Positions 1 through 17,443 of a DNA stretch of 64,000 nucleotides are shown here, piece after piece. The DNA is from the human T2T-CHM13v2.0 reference genome, Homo sapiens. Positions within the stretch are counted from its first letter, which is position 1, and each line of letters starts with the position of its first letter. A model generated the notes under the pieces. It saw only the letters and a list, made by a program, of their open reading frames with translations, was not told where the DNA came from and ran no database searches. Both the position numbers and the translations under genes were made by a program. The stretch is taken from NCBI RefSeq assembly GCF_009914755.1, contig NC_060925.1. One strand, 5' to 3'.

Positions 1-873
1 CCTTAAGGACTAATAATCACTGGCGTGACTATCGTGAGAATCCAAGAGGTAAGATAAATAAAGTTACAGGGAAAAGCCTGGCATGAAATTGTTGTTTCTT
101 GCTGAGGGTAGGATTCGTGTGTGTCCTCCCCAAATGCCCAGGTCCCTCCTTCAATGGGCACTCAACAAATATCCACTGAATGGGGGTGCATGAAAGGACA
201 TGCTGGGAATCTAAACCTTAGGACAGAGCAAGGAAGCCCCTTTCCTTTCCATGCCTCCTTGTTCAACTAAAGCTATATGTACCTCCTATGGTTGTATTTA
301 TTTGTTGTGTCTTTTAAAGCAATATAGTTCTCTTTATGTGTACTCCAACATGCAGCAAAGTATTGTAACCAGACTGCATCATTTGAGTTCATTCCTGAAA
401 GTTGCTTCTTGAGGTTGAGCCATCTTAGAGAAGAACCTGGCCTCAGCAGAAAGAGGTGAAGGCCACAGCATTGGCTGAGTGTTCACTAAGTGCCGGGCCC
501 CTCAACTATGACAGTGTACCAACAGAACACATGGCACGGCAGAAGCACTCATCACCCATAAAACAGATCAAGATGCTGAAGTTCAGAGAAGTTAGGAAGT
601 TTCACTGAGCACCCAAGATAAGACACAGCAAAATGGGATTCTTGGCTCTAAAACCCATATACTTTCCATTATATCACACTGAATTTTGCATCAGAGGAAC
701 TGTGGTGGAATTGTGACTTTGTCACTAACCAGCCGGGAGGCCTTGGGAGAGCCACTTAATATTTCTGAGGCTCTAATTTCCTCAACCTACAGGGAGGGTT
801 GGACCACTAGGCGATGGCGCGGTTCTCAAATTCGGTTTCAGTGGCTGTCTGTACCAGCCACTGCTAGTGTCTG

Positions 874-887
874 CAGCCCTCTAGTGG
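874..887 (-). promoter_or_regulatory. CTCF-like motif
   Basis: Minus strand reads CCACTAGAGGGCTG, matching the CTCF core CCASYAGRKGGC. Motif match only. Confidence 0.4.
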
Positions 888-1629
888 TGCTTTGCAGGAA
901 CCAAGTGGTACCTAACCTTTCCAGGGCAGTTATTCACAAAGCGTTGATGCAGACTGCCAGGGCACCTGGGGCCTCAATGCCTGTTCACATTCACTGACCA
1001 TGAATTAAAGACAAGCAGGGCTCAGAGGAGCCCTGGAGATAGACGTGAGCCTCATTGGTCCTCAGAGGGATTATTATTTTTAAAACTTTGCTTTCTGTTT
1101 GTTCTATACCATGCCTAGGACTCTCACTCACCTTTGAATGATAAAGAATGAACCCTCCCCATAGATTAAAATTGTAATTTTAAATTTAGTCATGGTATGT
1201 GCATGTACCTGACTTTGTTCATATCCCACAGCCCTAATATAATCAGGCCATCTTGGCGGCAACAGGATTGCTGAAGGGATGCTGTGTTGTGGACCAGCAC
1301 ATCGGGTTTAAGCCCTGGTAATGCTAGGCATTGACACCACTGGGTCTCTCACCTCTCTGCACCCCAAACTTATCATGGGTAAATGAGGGGTTTGGTGGAA
1401 GAGGCCTTGCAACTCTGTCTTATGCATGTGCATGGAGCTGATTCTTTAGAATGGCAGAGTTTTACCATTCCATTCAGTCTTTGAGATTTTTGCTGATGGG
1501 AACATGCCTTTCAGTGAAGCTGGGACAGAGGGGTTAGGAAAAGATATTATCTAGAGCTTAAGGTAGAGTAAGGTGAACAAGCATGGCCTTAGGAGCCACC
1601 TACATGCTGACAATTCTTACACATATGAC

Positions 1630-2920
<1,291 letters not shown>

Positions 2921-3016
2921 TGACAGCTGATGATCCCGGCCTGCTTCATTAACTCTTTACACAGGCTCGTCAGTATAGCACACAATTTTGTCATCCAGAA
3001 GAAAGAAGAAAGTTAT

Positions 3017-3328
3017 ATTTTGTTTGTTTGTTTGTTTGTTTGTTTTATGAGAGGGTCTCACTCTGTCTCCAAGGCTGTAGTGCAGTGGTGCGATCTTGGC
3101 TCACTGCAACCTCCACATCCCGGGTTCAAGGGAGTCTTGTGCCTCAGCCTCCCGGGTAGTTAGGATTACAGGTGCATGCCACCATGCTCAGCTAATTTTT
3201 GTATTTTTAGTAGAGATGGGGTTTCACCATGTTGGCCAGGCTGGTGTCGAACTCCTGACCTCAGGTGATCCACCTGCTTTGACCTCCCAAAGTGCTGGGA
3301 TTATAGGTGTGAGCCACCGCACCCGGCC
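3017..3328 (-). mobile_element. AluSx-like with (TTTG)n tail
   Basis: Alu consensus with CCTCAGGTGATCC in the left arm. AGAAAGTT on both flanks. Confidence 0.95.
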
Positions 3329-3625
3329 TAGCAGAAAGTTTTTTCAATTACACTATCTTAGTCCTATTCTCTAGTCTTAACTGAACATAGTTCTCAAGAT
3401 TCAATTCTGGCTATCATAGTAGCATTTCTTCAAAACATGAAGAAATGTCTGCTCTGGGCTAGCAGAGATGGAAGGAATGAAGGAGTGTATGTATGTGTGA
3501 TCAGTATGTATTTGTATGTGCTTGCGTGTGTATTGAGGGGCTGGGATTTCATTTTATAGTTGAGTGTGGTAAATGATTTTAAGCTGCCTTACCTAGAATT
3601 CAGAGTGTAACTTAGTGTAAATAAA

Positions 3626-3641
3626 GCACCAGGTGGCAGCA
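3626..3641 (+). promoter_or_regulatory. CTCF-like motif
   Basis: GCACCAGGTGGCAGCA, one mismatch from the CTCF core, in apparently unique sequence. Confidence 0.5.
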
Positions 3642-5563
3642 GGGGAATATTGCTACACATTTTTTTTTTTTAAAACACTTAAGGTATTTTCCCAGTGGAT
3701 TAGCTGCTATACAAAATGGACAATTAGACACAGGCCTGCACAAAGAGCTTGCAATCTATAGATGGATCAGTTGTCATTATATAAAGCTCCATATCTTCAT
3801 TATCAAAAGCAGCTATGCTGAATGCCCTTCTCTGAAAGATTGTAAGCAAGCTCTGCAGAACCTGGGCAGGCCAGGGTGAGCCTTGCTCTGTGGAGATTAT
3901 AACAGAAAATAAAAAATAAAGGAAATGTAGATGGGCATACCAGCTCTGAACAAGTTAAGGAATGATTATGTATTGCAAATTATTTGTTAACTTGGCTATT
4001 TATAGTTTATAGTATAGTGTCTGTCTCTAGACTGAAAGTCCTTCGAAGGCAGGCACCAATCTTTTTCTTCTTTAAATCCGGAAACACTTAGCAGGGAGCC
4101 CATCACATGAAAGGGGCTTAATAAACGTTTGTTGAACAACTGAGAAAAAAGTTAAGAAATTAAAAAGTAAAAATGAGAAGAAAAAACTGTGAACACTACT
4201 ATACAGAAAGGAATTCGGAGCATGCCTTGTATCAAGTATCTGAGTTGCATGCTCTTAGTCCCAGAGTGCAGTTTTATTTATCTTTCCTTCTTTTTTCTTG
4301 AAGAAGAGGCAAGGATCCTTCCATGCCTGACTTCAGTGGAATATTGACCTCTTAGAGATTTTCAGATTAGGAAATGCAGGTAAATGAAAGAGGTTACTAT
4401 CCAGAGAAAACCATTAAGACATATTCCCATTTAGCTGAACCAGAGTTGCCCACTATTTTTTTTGTAGTTAAAGATCATCAGTGTGGACCTGGAGACCACG
4501 TTCTGTGTTTTGTAATCTTCAACGTCCTAGTGTGTTTATTATCATCCAAGAGTTGCAAGCATGTTATTTCTTAGGAGTTGAGCTTCTCTTTAGATGAGGT
4601 GCCTTTCATTTCTTTTTCATGCCAGCCCACCACTTCCCAGTTCCACAGAAGCATGGTCCTAGAGGAATTTCTTCCTCCTTGGGCAGGAAGGGTGAAGGGT
4701 GAGGAGGACTAAGGGGGTCCCCTAGAGGAAACAGGAGAGGCAAGCAGGGAGAAAGCACAAGGCTGGAGACAACTCTGGTACAGGGGACAGGGCACTGTGA
4801 AAAAGGAACTTGGGGTGTCTTGTGGCAGATCACACTCCCTACACCTGCAAGTGGAGGTTAGAGTTCAGATTAGATTAGCATTAGCTTAGATTTTATCCCG
4901 AACTATAGCTTAAATTCTAAGGAGAAAATCACAGTATATATCTTCTCCAGCCCCAAATCCAGAATCCTCTATCAGTCCAGGGAGTCTGAACTTGAATTCC
5001 CTTTAATGAGAGGAAAAGCCTTTCTTCTACAATAATAGATTAAAAAGCCTTACAGCTTCAAATGGAAGAAACACACTGGTGTGAGGAATGTAAAAATATA
5101 CCTGACAGTTTTCTTTCCTGTGTGTTTTGGGCCGGTGGGTGGGTGGAGAACTGTAGAGGAGAAAAGGGAGTGCTGGAGACTTCGGCTGAGCTGTTTCTCT
5201 TCATCCCTGTGCAAAAAAAGAGAGGCTGCCAATCCACACTCTCTGCAAAGATCATTATGGACATTTCAGCAGCTCCTCATCTCTATTTTCCCATTATTGG
5301 TTCCACTTTTATAATAATTTCTGAAAATAATATAAAAATTTTCTGGGTTATAGATAATTATCTTAAAAACTGAATATGGTCACCCAGTTTTAGTGCCTGA
5401 GTTTGCGTCTATTATTATATTTCTGCCAAGTGAAGTCTAAATAATATCCTAGAGTGTCCTGTGAATGAAGGTTTTGCACTAGGTCAAGAAAGTAAAAGCG
5501 CTGGGAGAACGACTATCACAACCACGTGACAGAAGAATAGAAATGTCAGACTTTAAAGAATCT

Positions 5564-5929
<366 letters not shown>

Positions 5930-6260
5930 TCATACCAACTTGATACAGTTCAACAGAAGAAAATAAATATACAATAATTTTTTTTGTTCAAAAAGTTTTT
6001 TAAAATTATAGTATTTTATTTGGAAGTGAATCCTTAATTGATTGACCTATCCAAAAATAAATTTGTGGTTATGAGTTTCTTTTTAAAAAACTGAAATGAT
6101 CAGCAATCATATTATTGATTCAAATGCAAGTGTATCATGTACAAAATAAAAAAGAACCAAGTTAATAATAATATGTTATGTCATTATCAATAAACTCTGC
6201 ATTGGTGATTTTGTTTAAACAAAGCAATATTACATATCACATTAACTTAATGTGGTCGAT

Positions 6261-6404
6261 TTGAAGTTCATTTGTTTTACTTATATTTATTTTATAAATT
6301 GATTTGGTTTTATAGTTATATAGTTGCTTATATTGAAGTTCATTTGTTTTACTTATATTTATTTTATAAATTGATTTGGTTTTATAGTTATATAGTTGCT
6401 TATA
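6261..6404. repeat. Perfect 2 x 72 bp tandem duplication
   Basis: 6261-6332 is identical to 6333-6404. Confidence 0.95.
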
Positions 6405-7397
6405 TAAGAACTATAAGCATAAAGATTGGCGTTAACACCTAGTTTTATGATTGTGCATATTTATGCAACTTTATAATACATGTAATATAAGCCAACATTT
6501 TATATGTCATGTGTTAGTTAAGTTTAAGAGACGTTTTTCTGAATGAGTGTTTCCCAAAGATTATTCTGTGGAATGCTAGTTCCAGGAAATGAGCAGCAAG
6601 AACAACAAAATGTTTTGTTAACAAATACATTTAGGAAATGCACTACAGCTACCTTTTTGGGAATTGATAGTATATGTTAGCTATTTCAACATGAGAAAAC
6701 TGCAATTTTGACTACAGTTTTTCAAAATTATTTGCTTGTGTTAAACCGTCTTTAAGTGAAACAATCGTTAGAATCTTACAGTGTTCTACAAAACGCAGTA
6801 AAGGAAAATTGTTCTAGACTAGAAAAAAGCAGATTATCCACTTTTCTCTGCAGAAAAAAGCAAGGTAACAAAGTCAGACACTTTAACAAGAATGTGGCTC
6901 CAGGGGGTGAAAGTATTGAAAAATAGACTTTTTTTTCCTTCTGCAAATGCAAATGATACTGATAAGGAAGGAAAGGTTGGAGGGTGTATTGAAAAGGTTG
7001 AGACCGGCTGCACAGAATGCTGTCTGCTCTATAGTCAAACATGAAGAGTGCCGTTTGTAGGAGAGATGGAACCATAGACAAGGATGATTTTTTCAGTGTG
7101 GCCCAATGGGTAAGTTTTGGTGAAAGTTACCACAGGGCAAATTTCACTATGAAAGAAGGAAGACCATTCCAGTTATTTGAGATGTCCAAAGATGAAATGA
7201 CTGCTTTGGGACAGAATATGTGCCCTACCCTAAGCAGCTCAAACAAAGGCCGAATGAGGATGTAGATGAAATTCAGGTTATCAAGTAAGTGGTTGGACTC
7301 GATGATTTTTAACCTTTAGTTCTATGAGTCCACTTATTTGTGATCAAAACAGAGATATGTACACAAGATAACAATGTACTCTACAGGACAATAATTA

Positions 7398-7608
7398 ACA
7401 CTCATTAAGTGATATGTACCAGGCATGTTACCTGTACTAAGATGTTTAATCCTCACATCCTCCAACAACCCGACGGAGAAAGGCACTGATAGCCCCATTT
7501 TACACTCATTAAGTGATATGTACCAGGCATGTTACCTGTACTAAGATGTTTAATCCTCACATCCTCCAACAACCCGACGGAGAAAGGCACTGATAGCCCC
7601 ATTTTACA
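7398..7608. repeat. Perfect 2 x 104 bp tandem duplication within a MIR
   Basis: 7398-7501 is identical to 7502-7605, with ACA microhomology. The host has the MIR core CCCATTTTACAGATGA. Confidence 0.95.
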
Positions 7609-7699
7609 GATGAATAACTGCAGTGGAGAAGCACAATCATGCTTATTCCTCCCATTTTCAATTAATGACCACAAACCTCAAGTGGGCCTAACGCTGCCC

Positions 7700-9010
<1,311 letters not shown>

Positions 9011-9019
9011 AGATCTTTA

Positions 9020-9550
9020 TGTAGTGACTGCTGTGATGTGCTGGCCACATCCCCCTCAGAACTGAGGCAGTTCTCTGCCAGCTCACAGCAAAGTCCCTCT
9101 TTAAGAATTGCCCTCAGGGACCTGTCTTGCTTAAGATAACAGTCTTACTTGAGGCACTTCCTCTCCAATGCGTGGTTGATGTGACAGAAAAAAGGCCCAG
9201 CCCCATTACCTCAGTTTGAGACAACTCTGAAGAGTCGTTGCAGCTCCATGTCGGATCAGCAGAGGCTTCTGTCACGGCTCCATCACAGTGGAGTGATGCT
9301 CGGCACTGCATCTCTGTCTGCCCAACCCTACCCCTCTCACTGCCTTTACCGTGATGTTCCAGAGATGGGTCTCTGGGAACACCAATCTCTGTCTGACTCT
9401 GTTTCCTGAGGAACCTGACTTAAGATAGTAAATATTGAGAATAGTCCTAGGAAACAGACTCTAAAAAGGATTTTGGAACTGGATCACCAGCCCATTGCTG
9501 GGAATGAAAGATCCACTACTGGTTGGTAGCTGGAATACTCACAGCCTTTG
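9020..9550 (+). mobile_element. ERVL LTR16-like LTR plus start of internal region
   Basis: TGTAGTGACTGCTGTGATG start and TCTGTTTCCTGAGGAACCTGACTTAAGA end (~9426), followed by GTCCTAGGAAACAGACTCT internal-like sequence. Family from recall. Confidence 0.55.
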
Positions 9551-11360
9551 GTGTTCTGTAGTAGTTTTTAAAGCTATCATCACCTGTTTTTCTATCAGCG
9601 ATTAAAAAGGATGTTGAAATTGCTATTATGATTATGGATTTATCTGTTTCTTCATTCAGGTCTGTCAGTTTTTGATGCTCTTTAAAGTACATAAACATTT
9701 AGGCTTAGGTATAACTTCTCGAAGAATTGACCTTTCTATCCTTATAAATACCCTTCTTTATTCCTGGTTATATGTTTTATTCTGAAGTATACTTTGTTTC
9801 CCTTTTGCTAGTTTACTGATGTGAGTCAATATATTTCATTTTCAGCCTCCGTCATATTTACGTTTCTTTTGTCCTTTGTTCAAGGCCCCTTTAGAAACAT
9901 CTTCTCTATGAAACTTCTCAAGACAGAACTTGTTATTATTTGTAGTGTTTGTACTAAGCATGGAGTCCACTGGGTGCAAATTGCTTGTGTTTGTTTTCAT
10001 TTTACTAAGCATGGATTACATGTGTTTGCTTTAATTATGGATTGACTGCTCTTGGGTCAGACACACATCTACTGTCCAAAATATGTGGTGGGGGATGAAG
10101 GGTCATGTGATATAATATGGTTGTTTAGAGCTACCTCTTTGTTAGTGCCTATAGATGTGCCATTTCTTTAATTGAAAATAGAGAACTTTATATGCTGTAT
10201 ACCATTGGTGAAAAAATATAAGGTGAACCGGAAGTATCACATGATCTCTCTTATGTTTGTAAAATTTATCTATATTTTTTGCATGTAGCTTTAGTTTGTT
10301 CACATCTTATTTAATATTGCATTGTATGAATATACCACAATTTATGTATTTTTCCGTAGATATCCATATGGAACACTGTTACTTTAAAATGATATTTAAA
10401 GTGATCTTTAAAATGCTTGTTTATACTATCAGTTTATACTAACAGTTAAAATTGTGAGGTCATGTTTCTAGGAAAAATGACCAAGTCTATAAATTATTCT
10501 GTCTTTCACCATTTCAATCTGGATATTTCTTGGATATTCAAATATTATTATTTGTTTAATGTTATTTAAAGACAAGCATCTCCCATCAAAAGTACTTGGC
10601 AGTTCAGAATATGGTAACAGTGTTCTGTAACATGAGAAACTTTGCAAATATCTGTCTTTTCTGAGTGACAATGTTGCAAGAGAAATGAAAAATGTGTCCC
10701 CCAAAACACACAAATGTTTATTGTAGTTTTATTTGTAATTGTCCCAAACTGGAAATGACCCAAATTTCTATCAAAAAAGGTGAATGGATAAAAATAGTGT
10801 GGTTTATTTATACAATGGAATACTAATCAGCATTAAAAAGTAACAAATTATTGATAAACAGATTCTCAAAATCATTTGGTCGTGTTTGGAAGATCTATAT
10901 TTACATGTTCATCTTCATGATAGTGAAGGCCAAGCAAGGCATTAGGAGGAGTGGTATGGGGGAGGGGGTGGCTATATTAAAATGGCAAAGGCAACCTCTT
11001 TGAGAAAGGAGTATTTGAGATTAATCTTAAGAATGAGAATGAGCCGGCTATAGGAAGAGCTAGGAGAAAGCACTCCAGGCTGAAGGAACATCAAGTGCCA
11101 AGTCCTTGAAGAAAGAAAGGCCTTGCTTTGTCAAAAAAGAGCGACCCCCTGTAACTGAAACGGAGCAAAGAGAAGACCAGTATGAGATAGATGGAGAGTG
11201 GCAGGAGACAGGAGTGGTTGGAGATAGAGGCAGGAGCCAGATTATATAGAACCCCTACAACCTAAGGTAAGAAGCATACTTTTAAAATCAACTTTATTGG
11301 GGCTACATTATTATAATAAGATATATATATTACATATGTTGTATTTTATATATACGTAGA

Positions 11361-11420
11361 CACATACACACACACACATACACACACACACACACACTCT
11401 GTCTCTCTCTCTCTCTCACA
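11361..11420. repeat. (CA)n/(CT)n microsatellite
   Basis: Read directly. Confidence 0.9.
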
Positions 11421-12177
11421 CTTCCATTGCCCAAAAAGCTCCCTCCTTTCTCTTTCTAGTCAATCTTCCCCATTCTCAGCCCTGGCCTTTCTTATTTCTT
11501 TCACTATGGATTGGAATGCACACAAAAAGGAAGGAAGCTGGAGCTCTGATTGGTGGAATGCAGGTACCTCGACCATTTATAATAAGGAATTATCTCCCTG
11601 GCTTGAGAGGCTTGCAGGTACCAGACAGGAGGAACAATAACCTCAGGAATCATCTGGAGTACCCCCAGAGCCAGAACATAGCTCAGTTACAATCATGCTA
11701 AATTTCACTAACTTAACCTTGTGAGATAATAAGGCTACTAACAGTCTAAGTGCTTCTGAACTTCATCTCCAGGACAGAGCCCATATGCGTAAGTATGGAC
11801 ATCCAAATGCCTTCTATGAGAGCTCATAATAAATTCACAAACTTATTATTGACGAGTACATGAGATGATTTGGGGGAAGTGCTTTCAAAGTATTTGGCTC
11901 ATTAAATTACAGCTAATAGTGCTGTATTTTAATATTATAAAAATGGGAATATTTTAAAGTAAAGAAATTCAAAAATGTTATGAGGCTCTAGACACATAAG
12001 ATTGTATTGTTTTCTTATTTACTCACTAAAAAAAAATCTGCTGGCTCTATTGTAAGAGAGAAGGAGAGTTTGCAGAACTTCAGGCTTAGTAGGCTACAAT
12101 ACTTCACATACGTGATTTCACCCAATTATGCATGTTCTGGCCCTAAAACCAAGAATATGTAATAAAGTTCCAAGTAA

Positions 12178-12454
<277 letters not shown>

Positions 12455-12767
12455 TAATGTTTTCACTGGATGTAGATTTCTGGGCTGACCATTTCCCCTC
12501 AGAACTTTATATCATTCCATTGCCTACTGGCTTGCATTGTTTCTGACAAGAACTCTGTGATAATTCTTATCGTCGTTCCTCTGTATATAATGTCTTTTCC
12601 TATGATTGCTTTCAATACTTTGTTTATCAGAGGTTTTTCTTTTTAAGCAATTTGATTATAATGTACCTTGGTGGCGTTGGTGTTGGTGTTGATGTTGGTG
12701 ATGTGATTTCCGGTTGATATTCTTGAAATATCATTTTGGCTACCTTGTAGAAAATGAATTACAATGA

Positions 12768-13197
<430 letters not shown>

Positions 13198-13702
13198 ACC
13201 ATGGGAAAAATATTACAGGAATCTGAGCAAAGACTGTTAGTGGCTTGCCCAGGTTTGTGGTAGGGTAGAAGGGATAGCCTTCAGAAATACAGCATTAGGT
13301 CACGGATTGCATGCTGAATATAGTTTGAGAATTGGTGGAAGATGAATAGGGGATCAGATAAAGAGCAGGGAAAACCAAAAACTTCATTTCGAACATAGTA
13401 AATTTGTAATGCCTACTAGACATTCAGGAGGAGATGTCAAGGAGGCAGTCAAATCTCTAAGTCTTAAGCCGAGGAGAGATGTATAGACTGGAAAAATAAA
13501 TTTGAGAGTTGCAGACATAAGAGTTTTAAAGTTATAAGAATGGATAAAGCACTCCTAAAAGGGTGACTGAAGTACTAAAAGTTGACATCCCCTCTTGTAG
13601 GGCATGTGGTACACTTCTTAGTTTTATTTGTAAATCTCTAACCCTGTAATATTAAAGAAGGTGAAGCAGATATTGACCTTATATATGTGGAATATTCAAT
13701 GC

Positions 13703-13976
13703 AGACTGGGTCAGTGGTGCACATACAGAAGATGTCTAAGAACCTCAGGTTGCTGGGGAAATAACCCATTGCAGTGTGGAGGACAGGACTGACCCTGGTG
13801 GCTGTTATTACAGTGGCTACCAGGGTCAGTCTTGTCCTATTATGGCTGTTCCCCAGAAGAGTAGTCAGGTAAATGACCAGGAAGACCAAGAAGAACAAGC
13901 CCTATAGGTTGGATGTTGGCAAATCCCAAGAAGACAAATTTGTTGACATGTGATTGATTGTTTACTCAAATGGCAT
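13703..13976 (-). pseudogene. OR13Z2P: Olfactory receptor pseudogene fragment (N-terminus to TM2)
   Basis: Across frameshifts and stops it reads MPFE..NQS..KFVFLGF..FFLVFLVIYLTTLLGN..LHTAMGYFPSNLRFLDIFC (OR GN, LHTPMY and LSFLD motifs). The OR call is firm; the symbol is from recall of the 1q21 OR13Z cluster and unverified. Confidence 0.85.
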
Positions 13977-14832
13977 CACACCTACAAAACAATGAGAAAA
14001 AATAAACCATAATGAAAATGTACAGAGAGCATCTTAAGTGAGTTTTGTAAACTTGTAGGGTTATGCCAAATGACTTTAGGAGTAAAGCAGCCTGGACTGT
14101 GGAGAAAAGCAAGCAGGGCTGCCTTCAGGAAGACCACCACTTCTCCTGACAGGATGGACCTTGCCATCTCAGGCTCAGGCAGCTCCCATGTTTGTATGAA
14201 TGCACTAGTTCAAACCTGTGTGAATCTGTGTGTTAGAGTGAGCTCACTTTCCAAAGGCTACATAAACCTCCCTCTTAGCATTGCTTTCACCATATTATTT
14301 AAATTTATTTATATAAAGGTCTCATTATGAGTATAATAGATGTTTATGAATAAAAATTATACAAAAAGATGCTTAACATCTTCCGAATTAATGTTTCACT
14401 TCAATGTATTTTGCTATGTTCTCATTCTCTTTTCCTCTCGCCCTCTCTTCTCTCCTATTCTCTTTCTGTGTCTCTGTCTTCATTTATATCTGTATATGTG
14501 TCCATATCTTCACAAAATAGATACTTTTATATTTAATTTTTGTATCTTTTAAAAACTAGTATCTTCATCCTCAGCACAGTGGGCAGCACGCCAATCTCAT
14601 CATAAAAAACTAATATTGTAGCACAAACATTTTCCATAGCTTTCAGTATATTTGAATGTACAATTTCCAATGGCTGTGTAATATTCCATTATATGGAAAT
14701 ATATATAAATTGTATTTAATTATTCCACATTGTTCAATATTTAGGTTGTGTTCATGATTTTTCTTTTATAGAAGTATTGTGATGAACATTTTTTATATTA
14801 TATGCCATCTTTTGCTAATTTCCTTAAGATAA

Positions 14833-15151
<319 letters not shown>

Positions 15152-16559
15152 GAGTTCTGTGTTTTTTAAAAGGTTTCTTGAGAATTTTTTTGAGAGAACT
15201 TTTTTTCTTTTGTATAGACTTCATTTTTCCTAATAATATGATTTCTCTTTTCAGAGTGCATAAGTTCTTAGAAATTTTAATCAGCCAATTAATTTTATGC
15301 CAATTTCTTCTGGAATATTTTCTCATTGATATAAACTGTTACTAACCCCAGACATCCTCTGTTAAATATTTTCTCTTTCCTAACAGAGCAGTCAATACTA
15401 CCACCAATTTTCTACTAGTTTATTAACTTAAACTTTGAACCCATGCTGGGTTATTTTGCAGTGTATCTGTTCTAGAATTGGAGTCAGTGTAACTATGATG
15501 GAAAGGGTGGGCTTTGGTGCCAGGTAGATTTCAGTCCTGGCTTTGTCTCTGTGTGTTCTAGAAACTGTCGTCCCTGAGTATCAGTTTATTCATCTGAATG
15601 ATAAAGATCATAGTATCTAACTCATATGTGTTTTAGAAGGATTAAATTAGATTACATATCAGTCCATGTAAAAAGCTTTTAAAATACAATAGTCTCATCA
15701 GAAAGCACTCTCTTCTGAGTGCTTTCCACCTGTTTTCTCACCAGCTCTGCTGCTAACACCCTAGTCCAATCTACCATCTTCTTTCCCCTGGACTATCCAA
15801 TAGCCTCTCCACTGATCTCCTACCCTCTATCCTTACCTCTATTAGTCTTTTCTTCTCATAGCAGCCAGGGTGTTTCTTTATAGATGTAAATATTTTTATT
15901 TCATACCTGTGCTCAGTTTTTCAATACATTCTCATCACCTGTAGAAAAAAAATCTTTCACCTACTGGCAATAGTCTGCTGTTTTCTATTATTTCACCTTT
16001 GTTCTATCCCCATGCTTCCCATAGATTGGAAAGGGGAGTTCTTGGCTAAAAACCATTTAGTAGCTTTCCACATCAAGCAGAGTAAAGTCCAAGTCCTCAG
16101 ATATTCATGGCTGCTCTTTGACCTCATTTTAAACCATTCTACCTTTTGCTCACTCTGTTGCAACTGCACCAATCTACTTTCTGCTCTTACACGTGTCTAG
16201 CACACTGGGCCCACCTACCAAATCAGGTATTAAATTTTATCCAGGTTAGCTTTTGTACTAAATAAGCCGAGGAGAGACTAGGATTCACCTGGGGAAGGTA
16301 TATGGTCCTACCAGTGAGACCGTGCATAGTCAGAGCAAGGTTTAGTCACAGCAGAGAGAAATATGACAAAACACTGCATCATCTTCCACCTATTAAAAAA
16401 TCACCTTTCTCAAAGGGGTCAGTATTGGAGATGTCAGGGTGAAAAAGCAGAAAGTGAGCTGACGATAGTAACTGGTAAACCTAGATATCTTTAACACTCT
16501 TAGTAACAGAAATAAGGGAAGGCTTTTACCCTAAAAAGACTGCCACCTTGTTCACTATG

Positions 16560-16992
16560 GTAGACATAATAAGCATTCCCAAACCTGTGAATGCAAAAGG
16601 GACTTTTTAGGTGTGATTCAATTAAGAATTTTGAAATGAGGACGCTATCCTGGATTAAGCAGGTAGACCCAATGTAATCACAAGGATCCTTACAAGAGGG
16701 AGATGGGTGGGTCAAAGTTAGAGGAAGAACATGTAATGATGGAAGCAGAGATTGGAATGATGGACTTTGAAGAGTAAAGAAGGGGCCATTGAGTCAGGGG
16801 ATACAGCCAGCCTCTGGAAACTGGAAAAGGCAAGGAAACAGATTCGGTCCCAGAGCCTTCACAAGGAACGCAGCCCTAATGATATCTTCACTTTAGGATT
16901 TCTGACTTCCAGAACTGGAAGACAATATATTTGTGTTATTTTAACCCTTAAGTATGTGGTAATTTGTTATAGTAGCAAGAGGAAGCTAATAC
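16560..16992 (+). mobile_element. MLT1 (MaLR) solo LTR, MLT1C/D-like
   Basis: CCCAATGTAATCACAAGGATCCTTA core and GTGGTAATTTGTTATAGTAGC..CTAATACA end. Confidence 0.8.
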
Positions 16993-17443
16993 ATTCACTA
17001 TCACATAGACTGCATGGCTAATGATACTGTGTCCAGAATCTTTAAATGCTCTTACAATTGATTTGGGGGCAGTTCTGAAATCGGTAATTAAGTGCTGCCC
17101 AGGGGTCCATGAGATGTCAGCGTAGGAGAAGATATTAGCATGTGTTTTAAGTACTAATAGATCCTACTCCAAGGCCACTCAAAATGCTACTTATCATGTA
17201 AGGACATTGGTTGGTATGTTGCAGAGCCCAGAGGATGTCACGGTGAACTCACACTGATAAAGACATATCTGGAAGGCTGTCTTCCACTCCCTGGATGAAG
17301 ATGAGGTTAAAGCTATTCCAGACATCTTATTTCATGAAGAATGGTATGACAGAGAAGGCCCTAAAGCCTGGTGCTCAGAGAAACTGGTAATGGCCCCAAA
17401 GGATGACTACACTGTGGCCAGTGATGCATGGCAGAGATTTGAC

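Noticed and set aside
686-997. 103 aa ORF with a few CpGs
   Set aside because: Non-ATG start, overlaps MIR-like sequence, no recognisable domain, not a CpG island.
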